NCBI GenBank assembly: GCA_043228905.1
Contig: JBHGNT010000012.1
Location: 8,060,001 to 8,124,000, forward strand
Length of the DNA: 64,000 nt
Source: Azolla caroliniana
Lineage: Eukaryota > Plantae > Polypodiophyta
Direction: 5' to 3'
Under the pieces are notes generated by a model that worked only from the letters and a program-made list of their open reading frames with translations, did not search any database and was not told where the DNA came from. The translations under genes were made by a program, and so were the position numbers. Below, piece by piece: positions 12,109 through 21,670 of the stretch (the stretch's first letter is position 1; each line of letters begins with the position of its first letter).

Positions 12109-12796
12109 ACTAAGTTTTTGTTGATTATACAGGATATGCGTGGACATTGGAACCAGGTTAATCGGTGAGATGGCTGATGTCGACTAAAGGAAGAAATATT
12201 TGTGGTGAGGATGAGTGAAGATGGTGGGGAGGGTCGAAGCCAATCATCACGAGTGGGTGAGGAATTTTTAGACGGATTTTATTCTTATCACAGATTTTTG
12301 GGGTTTTTGGGCAATGACGTTAATCGGAGACATGACTGATGTGGGTTAAATGAAGCATGGTTGTGATGAGATTATGGTCTAATCAATGTATGGCTGTTCT
12401 GAGTTTCAGCTTGAAGAAGACTACGGCCAAGAAGTAGCAGATTACCCAAATGGCTTGATTGGAGAGAGCAGTTTTGTATTACCTAAGTGGTACAAAAGGA
12501 CATTCACAAAGGAAAATTAAAGGCCAAGGAACGGGAACAGCTATTGGACAACCAGGAATTTGTTTATAGGTTGAATATGGGTATACTAAAGAGCTTCAGT
12601 ATATGTGGAATCACATTCAGCCAATGTTGGCTGCAACATGATGTTTTTTAGAGGCCATAACAAATGCCATCTTTATTTGGTCCCTGTTTTTACGATATAT
12701 ACTTATGGAGTGGAAACTATTATGTACAATTTGTAGATTGCCTTTGGCATTGTTAATTTTAATACCAATGGAGCATATTTTTTATAAAAAAAAAAA
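12109..12796 (+). mobile_element. Poly(A)-tailed insertion, probable 5'-truncated LINE or retrocopy
   Basis: Absent from the 3' LTR, which reads GTGGGTAA|GAAGTTG; ends in an A11 run at 12786-12796. Confidence 0.7.
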
Positions 12797-13127
12797 GAAG
12801 TTGCAAAAGAAAAAGAGAAAATTGTGAGATATCCACATAGATAGGATGAATAAGCCTCTCACCATATATAACGTAGAGCAAAAGTTATTATCTTTATGTC
12901 TATGTGTGGAGCATAGAGAGTTCAAGGTAACTTGAACTAAGAGTGGAGGTGGCCTAGCCACTCATAAAGGTTTTGGCCAACCAAAACGGAACTAGACGGT
13001 AACCGTGATCCGGCGACATCCGACAGCCACCGGTAACCGACGGCATTCGATGCTGGTGAGGTGACGACATCCGGCGAACCGGCGTCCGGTGACTAGATAT
13101 ATAAATATATATATACATATACAAGGA

Positions 13128-13197
13128 GGGCAAGTAAGGATTCGAGCCTTGCACCTCCAAGTTAGGAGTCAATTGGCTTACCAGTAAGCCATGATAT
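13128..13197 (-). promoter_or_regulatory. tRNA-like Pol III A-box/B-box module in the D 5' LTR
   Basis: Minus strand TGGCTTACTGG(TAAGCC)...GGCTCGAATCC, box starts 43 nt apart; D-arm-like and T-arm-like hairpins. Confidence 0.6.
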
Positions 13198-13682
13198 TTA
13201 GTTGAATTTATATTTTTATCATTGTACTTTTACATGTAAATTCTCATACATGAGAGCTAAAATGAGTGACATGGTTGTTATCATGCACCACATGTAATAC
13301 ATGAGTGCCAAATAGCAAACATGCATTTTATGCATGTCTTGTACCCTCACATGCATCATATGCATGAGAGCATCTATAAAAGAAGGGATGAAAAAGAAGA
13401 AGGGTTAGGCCTTTTTTTTGTTATGAAATTAAGAAGAAGATAATTCGTTATCGAATTGATCGTGTAACTTGTTTCTTAAAATCTAAAATCAAGAGTTCAG
13501 TCTTAATCTCTCTCAATCTAAAGTCAAGCGTTCTATTCTATCTCAAGCTCACTCTCTCTTTCAATCTATCCTAAATACTTTCTCGCTAAGCTTGGTGTGA
13601 ACTAAGATCCTTCCGGTCCAGAACCCTGGCGGTTCCGCCTCGCGATCCGCACCTAGTGACGGATCTTAACGACATAATTAAG

Positions 13683-13699
13683 TGGTGAACCCAACGTGA
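13683..13699 (+). other. PBS of Gypsy D (tRNA-Trp)
   Basis: TGGTGAACCCAACGTGA, complementary with 1 mismatch to the plant tRNA-Trp 3' end ...TCACGTCGGGTTCACCA; 8-nt spacer after the LTR. Confidence 0.85.
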
Positions 13700-13735
13700 A
13701 AGAGGCGGTAGGAAGGATCAAGCCGACATTAATAC

Positions 13736-15932
13736 TTGGAGATGGCGTCCTCAGGCAACCAAGCGGGAGAGCTTGAAAGGATGATGCTAATCGTCGAGCA
13801 AATGATGAGATCTCAGGACAACGACGCGAGCGTGGAGAAGGTTGTTGATCGTGTCGTAGAGCTCGAGGGCCAATTCGATGGAAGGAACGTTACGAAGTTC
13901 CTTGATGTATATAGAAGGGAGATGAATCAGAGGGATGTGTCCGAAGCATGTCAGATCGCAAGCTTCAAGAGAGTTGTCACCAACAACGTTCAAAGATGCG
14001 TCATCGAACTTCAAGAAGGTAAGACAACATGGTCCGAGTTCGAGAAAACGATATTAGCAGAGTTCACGACTGAAGACTCAACGAGGATGACTCGACATGC
14101 CATGATGAAGTGAATAGAGAAGAAGAATAAGAAGATTAGCGCCTCGAGGGTGTACGGCGAATTCAACCAGATGTTTGGTCGTCTCCCCAACACAGACCAA
14201 CTGTTGCTTGAAGAGGACAAGTCTTTGTACTTCCTGAAGTCTGTGGACATGAAGGATAGACGGGAGTTGGGGACTCTTCTCGAAGATGATACCCAAGCAA
14301 ATGGGCTTGTGGCGGACTGGGTTGCGGTAAAGCGAGCATGCAATAGGCTCGACAAGCGTCGTCAGTGGGTTGATGACACCGACTTGGCGGGATCGACTGT
14401 TGCGGAGAAAACAAGACAACCGAAAGTAGCTGAGCCGCCCAAACAAAGAAGTCCGGAAGAAAAGAAGATTGATGACGACATCATTGAAGAGCTAGCGAAG
14501 AAGTTCGAGAAGGTCACGCTAGCCAACATGAATCGTTGGGGGCCCAAAGGAAAAGAACCCTTTAGATGCGTGTGGTGTGATAGCATGGACCACATGAGAA
14601 GGGATTGCGCGAGCCTTCGAGAGGCGATCCGACAAAATATCGTGTACATAGATGACAACATGATCTACTTGAGCGAGACTAGAAGACCCCTACGGGTGAA
14701 TTTCGAAAGAGGAGGAATGAAGAAAGCTATGGAGGATGCCGATGCGACTCATGTGGATGCGATGCACTATGGTGCGTCGGCCGGAATAAGAGTTGGAAAA
14801 GACAGAAATGAAGTTGTGAAAGTGGGAGCCAAGTTTTGGTCTTCCGTTCTCGAGTATGAGAAGAGGGGGGAGGTCACATTGAACGAGGTAGAGATTGCGG
14901 ACGGAAGCGTGCAAAGCATAACTGGGTGGTCGGATCCGCTGGACGACAACACCATACTTGCGGAGGTGATGTGCGACAACCACGAGGTGTTCGTAGAAGA
15001 AAAGAGAAAAAGAATAGAAGAGCAAGGCCCATCAAAAAGACATGAAACAAGGAACGCGAAAAAGAAGGACGATGCGGAGATGAGTCGACCTTTACAAATG
15101 GAGGAACGAGAATCAAGCCGAAAAGGGGAGCCGAGCATGCAAGTTGAAGAAACGATTCGGCCCGTGAAGGTTGGTGTCGAAGATCTCGCTCAGAGGACAA
15201 GGACTATGCCTACCTATAAGCTAAGGTCGGACATAGAGCAGACGACGGACCTAAAGAAGATTCTCGAAGAACGAGTTCTTGATAGCCACGTGACTTTATC
15301 CTTGAGGGAATTACTCGGCATTACGAAGAAGGAGTTCCATGACACGATCGTGGACCTTGTAAAGAGAAAAAGACAACAATCAGACGAGGAAGAAGAGAAA
15401 CCGCAAAAAGCAAAAACGAATGCCATAACGATGGCAAGAGACGAAGTCGATGAAGATATGGTGGACAGCCACTATACTTAACCTCATTGGGCACGCGCGA
15501 CAACGGAGACGCTGGTGAAGATCGGGGAGAAGAAAGAGACCGTGGTAGCTTTGATTGACCACGGCTCAAAGATCAACCTCATGTTAACCGACTTCTACAA
15601 AAAAGGAAGATGGCCCAAACCATGGATGGAAGATTAGCGTGGCAACAAAGTCTACGGAGGACTTGTACGGAGCTTGTCCCAATGTCAAAGTCACGATCGG
15701 GGATGTGGAGATGGATCAACACTTCTTCGTGCAAGAATTGGCGTCGCATCCTGTCATCCTAGGGCAACCTTATATCACATCATCTTGGATGGAGACCAAA
15801 ATGTTCGATAATGGAGCAGCCTTCGCACGAATAAAGAGTCTTGACAACCAAAGATCGGTCCAATTCCTAACGGTGCGAGCCAATCACGAAAGGAATCGAG
15901 ATAGTCTTGAAGGTGAATCCTCGGATTTTTAG
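13736..15932 (+). pseudogene. gag: Gypsy D gag-protease ORF, disrupted
   Basis: ORFs 13736-14113, 14150-15481 (CVWCDSMDHMRRDC knuckle) and 15639-15932; protease LIDHGSKINL near 15550; ends SDF*. Confidence 0.85.
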
Positions 15933-18900
15933 AGTGGACTATTTAAGCATGGGGCACAAATAGTCCGAGCAATCACAAGACGCCACAAGAAAGAAGAGTG
16001 CGTGGATTGCGAGGAGAAGCAACATGTGTCACACCTAGTGGTGCATGTAAACTAGTACTACTTGACAAGAAGCACAAACGCCGAATACAAGAATTCGAGA
16101 AGATGTTGAAAGAAGAAAACATAATAGAAGAAGGAGAGTTCGTGACTCATATTATGGAAGAAGCCTCATTTAACGACACCATCGGCGAAATCGAGGACGT
16201 CATGGACTTGAGCTATCTTCACGACCAACGCGTGATTTCGGTTAACTCCGTCAACATGTACGCTATCATCGATGAATACTGTTGTGGCATCTCGATGAAG
16301 GAAGCTGACATCAACACGAAATATAAAATAGTGGATAAGAAGATCAAGCCAGTTGTGGTTCCGCTACCGGAATATAGCTAGCAAAAGATGAAGGAAGTCA
16401 CTAATGATCCAAGCTTAAGAGATCGGAAGAAGATAGGTCATGTCTTCACCAAAGAGACGAAGGGGAAGATACGAGTTGGAAAGGAGGATTTCCTTCTCCC
16501 TGAAGAGGAGCGAATGTTTCGCCATATGCTTGAGAGACATGGGAAGTCTTTCGCATTCTTCCCACGAGAAATTGGATGTGCCGACCCAAAGGTTATAGAG
16601 CCGATGGTGATCTTCATGTTGCCTCATGTGCCTTGGAATTTGAAACCGATACCGGTTCCGAGAGCACACCTTCCGAAGCTGATCGAGCTCTTAAAGGAGA
16701 AGGTGAGTATGGGAATTCTAGAACCGTCGAATGCTCCTTATTCCAATAGGTGGTTCACGGTGCCGAAGAAGAATGGATCATTGCGATTCATCCAAGATCT
16801 TCAACCCGTCAACAAGGTGACAATTCGAAATGCCGGAATCGGTCCGAGCGTGGACGAATTTGCCGAAGCGTTTGCGGGCCGGTCCATCTACTCCATTGGC
16901 GATCTCTACTCCGGATATGACCAATTCCAATTGGCGATCGACAGTCGGGACATTACAACCATGAGGACTCCGATCGGGCTTGTGCGGATGTGTACCTTAC
17001 CCCAAGGCGCAACGAACTCGGTGGCTCATATGGTGAATGCCATGAATAAAGTCTTGAAGGATTGCATTCTGGACATCACGATGCCATTCTTGGATGATAT
17101 TCCGATAAAAGGATGTTCGGATGAGGAGAAAGATGAATCGAAAGATAAGGAAGGTTGTAGAAAGTTCGTTGCGGATCATATGAAAGATTGCGAGAAGGTG
17201 CTTCAAAGGCTCGAAGATGCGAATTTGACATTTTCGGGAGAAAAATCCGCATTCGGGCAACCGGAGATCTTGGTGGTAGGTCACTTGTGTGGAGCAAATG
17301 GTCGGAAGCCCTCGCCATCCAAAGTGAACGCAATCCAAGACATGAAAGAAGAATGCGAAAACCAAACGGAGGTTCGAAGGTTCCTTAGAGCGTGCGCGTT
17401 TTATCATATATGGATTCCTCACTATGCTCATGTCGCCGAACCGTTATATGGACTACTAAAGAAAAGAATAAAGTTCGAATGGTGAGACGAGCACACAGAG
17501 GCGATGCGAAGATTAAAGAAACTGCTTCTTGAAGCTCCGGCACTAAGGAAGGCCGACTATGCCGAAGGGAAACCAATTTACGTGACCGTAGATATGAGCC
17601 CAACCGGAATCGGGTGGGTCATCAAGTCTTTAAACCCAGAGATCCGTCACATTGCAAGGAAGAAGAACGCCATGGCTGACATGCTGTTGAGGGCAAGATT
17701 TTCAAATGGAAGTAACATGGTTTCGGAAGATGAAGATGTCGCCCTCGACTTCTTCAAGATGGCTTGATTGTCAGCGAAAGACCAGGACATGCAAACTCTC
17801 CACGCCTTCAACGAGAACGAGTACGAAGGAGAGTGGTTACTCATCGGTAGATTCCTAAGAACATTGACGATAGATGCTTCATTGACAAAGGAGGAGGCCC
17901 TACGAATCCGAAAGAAAGCTTACCGATACTTCTTGAAGGGAGGATTCCTCTAGCAACATCCAAAAAGAAGGACAGGAATACCACGTCGAGTGGTGGTGAA
18001 GAAAGAAGAGCAAGAGACGCTAATGACCGAATTCCATGAGAGTGCTTGGGAGGTCATAGAGGAACATGGGTGACGTTCGAAAAGTTGAAGGAGAAGTATT
18101 GGTGGCCAAGCATGTACAAAGATGTACTCCATTTCGTGTCCACATGCGAAACTTGCCAAATATATTCAAATATACGTCATCGTGATGAGTTACGGCCGAC
18201 ATACCCACTCACCATACACTTCAAATGGATGGTGGATCTGGTCTCGATGCCAATGGGGGTGAGACAAATGAAGTACTTAGTGATGGCAAGGGAAGACTTG
18301 ACAAATCAAGTGGAAGGACGAGCCTTGACAAATAAGTCGACTTCAGCCGTTTGCAAATTTCTACTTGAAGAGGTTGCTTGCTGATACGGATGTGTGGGGA
18401 AGATAGTGGCCAACCGAGGGGAGTTGGATGCGCACGAAGCGACGGAGCTTTTCGAACGAGTAGGTGTGAAGCTCTCCCTCACGACTGCCTACACTCCGGA
18501 AGCGAATGGGAAGATCGAGCGAGGGCATGGACCTATCGTCAAAGCCATCGTACGGGCATGCAACGGTCGAGTCGGGAATTGGCCACGACTATTACCCTTT
18601 GCCTTGTGGGCCGATAGAACGACACACAGCTCGATGACAGGGTATATGCCGACGGAGCTTATGTATGGACAAAAGCCGGTAATGCCCATCGAAAGGACGA
18701 TCGCCTCATCGGTAGCGATACCATGGGAGAACGAGATGAGCCAAGAAGAGTTATTAGTGGCGCAGATAAGGCAACTTGAAAGAAGATCTGAAGATCTAGA
18801 AAAAGTGCGAAAGATGATGGAGGCAGCCTGAGTAAAGAACAAAGTTCGATTCGACAACACACATCAACTTCGTCCCAAGAAGATTGAAAAAGGAGATTGG

Positions 18901-19133
18901 GTTTTGGTTTAGGACAACAACCTTGACAATCAACACAGTACAACAAGAAAGTTCGCAAAAAGATGGTTTGGGCCGTATGTGGTGACAAGTGCCAACGATA
19001 ATGCCACATACCACCTTGCGGAGCTAGACGGATATAAAGGTTGGTCGTACCCATTGTGGGAAAAAGAGTAAAGATTTTCAAGAAAAGACAAGACGAGGAT
19101 CCTAACCTCGATCACCTCGACGATGAACATAAT
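15933..19133 (+). pseudogene. pol: Gypsy D pol (RT, RNase H, integrase), disrupted
   Basis: RT 16388-17485 (WFTVPKKNG, DLYSGYDQ, LPQG, FLDD); RH VTVD..GIG with an internal deletion; IN GH..CETC, PEANGKIERG, WFGPY. Confidence 0.93.
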
Positions 19134-19232
19134 AGGGCGGATGTAAATGAAGACATGGAGGAATCTGATTGATCACCATAGTCGAAATCTCACTTTCTCT
19201 TTTCTTGGCACGTACCGGAGGACGTGTGGTTT

Positions 19233-19244
19233 GGTGGGGGTGGA
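19233..19244 (+). other. PPT of Gypsy D
   Basis: GGTGGGGGTGGA directly before the 3' LTR; nearly the same motif flanks the E LTR (20936-20950, minus). Confidence 0.8.
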
Positions 19245-19806
19245 TGTCGTGAAGATTTTCGGCAATGGTGTGAAAATCACATAAGACGTACGAAATCAAG
19301 TGCCAATCATATAAAACAATAATAGTGAATATACTAATTGTAAGTAAGTTTAAATATCTTAGTACAGAAGACGAAGATCTTGAAGAGATGCACTTTACTA
19401 CATAAGAAACAGACATCTAAGTGTCAACTTATGTGGGTAAGAAGTTGCGAAAGAAAAAGAGAAAATTGTGAGATATCCCACATAGATAGGACGAATAAGC
19501 CTCTCACCATATATCACGTAGAGCAAAAGTTATTATCTTTGTGTCTATGTGTGGAGCATAGAGAGTTCAAGGTAACTTGAACTAAGAGTGGAGGTGGCCT
19601 AGCCACTCATAAAGGTTTTGGCCAACCAAAACGGACCTGGACGGTAACCGGTATCCAACGGCATACATCAAACCGGCGGAATCGCCATCCAACAAGGTGA
19701 TAGCCACCGGTAACCGGTGGCATCCGATGGCACACCGGTAACCGACGACATTCAGCGAACCAACGAGAAACTGACATTCGGCGAACCGGCGTCTGGCGAC
19801 AGATAA

Positions 19807-19837
<31 letters not shown>

Positions 19838-20377
19838 AGGAGGGCAAGTAAGGATTCAAACGTTGTACCTCCAAGTTAAGAGTCAATTGGCTTACCACTA
19901 AGCCATGATATTTAGTTGAATTTATATTTTTATCATTGTACTTTTACATGTAAATTCTCATACATGAGAGCTAAAATAAGTGACATGGTTATCATGCACC
20001 ACATGTAATACATGAGTGCCAAATGGCAAACATGCATTTTGTGCATGTCTTGTACCCTCACATGCATCATATGCATGAGAGCATCTATAAAAGAAGGGAT
20101 GAAAAAGAAGAAGGGTTAGGCTTTTTTTTGGTTATGAAATTTAGAAGAAGAGAATTTGTTATCGAATTGATCGTGTAACTTGTTTCTTAAAATCTAAAAT
20201 CAAGAGTTCAATCTTAATCTCTCTCAATCTAAAGTCAAGCGTTCTATTCTATCTCAAGCTCACTCTCTCTTTCAATCTATCCTAAATACTTTCTCGCTAA
20301 GCTTGGTGCGAACTTCGATCCTTCCGGTCCAGAACCCCGGCGGCGCGATCCGCGCCTAGTGATGGATGTTCACGACA
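19245..20377 (+). repeat. 3' LTR of Gypsy D
   Basis: TGTCGTGAAG...CACGACA; contains (AT)n and the tRNA-like module at ~19842-19911 (minus). Confidence 0.94.
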
Positions 20378-20381
20378 GCGG

Positions 20382-20935
20382 GGTCCCTTAACCGAGGAGC
20401 GTGAGAGAGAAGAGGAAGCGAGATTCGCAGAAACACAGAGAGAAAGAAACGAAAGAATCAATTCCAATAACAGTATAGATTATAGAGCTTGCAATGTTAC
20501 AACCAGGAAGCTGGTTAAGACTCAACACAAACAAACAAACGCACTGAAATATGCAGTGCAGCCTCTACCGGAAGCACACGGGCTTTCACGTAGTAGAGGC
20601 AACCACCCTAACCCAAAATCCTTGCGGGAGCAACAACGATAGTGGAGGAGAGAGCTCGGTTCCCAGTCCAACAACAGTTCGTCCTCTCCAAAATGCGCGA
20701 TCCCTGTATCAGTCTTCTCCCCTCCCTTTTATAGGCCGCCGGGGAAGACTGTTACACCCTCGGTTACATACATTTATCCTTTGTCCCGTCGGACAAAGAC
20801 ACACTTGGATTCCCTAGACAATTAATGCGTACTACCTAGTATATTTACAGCTTAATAAATAGTGTGGCCATGCATAAGGGTAAATTCTTGCGTCTTTTCC
20901 CCCATTTCCTCCTATGGCCGGCTTTCTCCACGACA
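20382..20935 (-). repeat. Remainder of the 3' LTR of Gypsy E
   Basis: Ends CCACGACA next to the reverse-complement PPT TCCGCCCCCACC; minus-strand CTATAAAAGGG near 20730. Confidence 0.8.
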
Positions 20936-21670
20936 TCCGCCCCCACCAAACCGCGCATCAATTGGTATGCGCCGGAGAGGAACAATTACTGGAGAAACCG
21001 GCTCACCTCTACTCGTCCGCTCCGAACCAATCGTCATCATTGTCCTCACTCCCCGGGTCCAGCTCATGCTCGTGCCGCTTCTTGAACGCCTTGATCCGCT
21101 TCCTAGCTACCGGTATTGTTACCCGTGTCCCATCAAGCTCCACAAGATGGTAGGTGCCATTGTCATTCGCGCTCATTACAACATAGGTCTTGGACCACCT
21201 CACGAATTTGCACGTTGCCTTATGCTAGTTGTTGAGGCTGCTGTCGTGCACCATCACACAGTCGCCTTCTTCGATCTTCTTTGGCCGCAGCTGGTGTGTT
21301 TGGTCGAACCGGCCTTTGTTCCTCTCCCTCATCGTTTGCTGCTTCGCCTTTGCCCGCTCCACATCCTCTAGTCTTTGCTCGAGCTGTCAAATCCGCGACG
21401 CCAACAACTCTTCCTGGCTCATCTCGTTCCTCCAATCTATCGCCGCCCATGAGGAAATTGTCCGTTCCATCGACATGACCGGTTTCTGCTCGTACATCAG
21501 CTCTGCCGGTAGGTACCCGGTCACTGAACTATGTGTTGTTTGGTCTGCCCATACTGTGTAAAGAAAGAGTCGTGGCCAATTCCCGACCTGTCTTGCGCAT
21601 GCGTGTACTAAAGCCTTTACGATCGGCCTGTGTCCGTGTTCTACCTTTCCGTTCGCCTCCGGGTTGTACA
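20936..21670 (-). pseudogene. Gypsy E (copy 1) integrase C-terminal part
   Basis: YNPEANGKVEHGHRPIVKAL..WADQTTHSS..DNGTYHLVELDG, homologous to the D integrase; ends abruptly at 21670. Confidence 0.9.

Larger units (their letters stand above)
11913..13674 (+). repeat. 5' LTR of Gypsy D (contains a ~0.69-kb insertion)
   Basis: Colinear with 19245-20377 apart from 12109-12796 and a GC-rich subrepeat indel; CTATAAAA near 13375. Confidence 0.93.
11913..20377 (+). mobile_element. Ty3/Gypsy LTR retrotransposon D (non-chromovirus, tRNA-Trp primed, Phygy-like by inference), full length and degraded
   Basis: LTRs 11913-13674 and 19245-20377 (TGTCGT...ACGACA); 4-bp TSD GCGG at 11909-11912 and 20378-20381; gag-PR-RT-RH-IN order. 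Confidence 0.94.

Noticed and set aside
13128-13197. Functional tRNA gene
   Set aside because: No acceptor stem and a poor anticodon arm; it is part of the LTR, so it is reported only as a tRNA-like promoter module.
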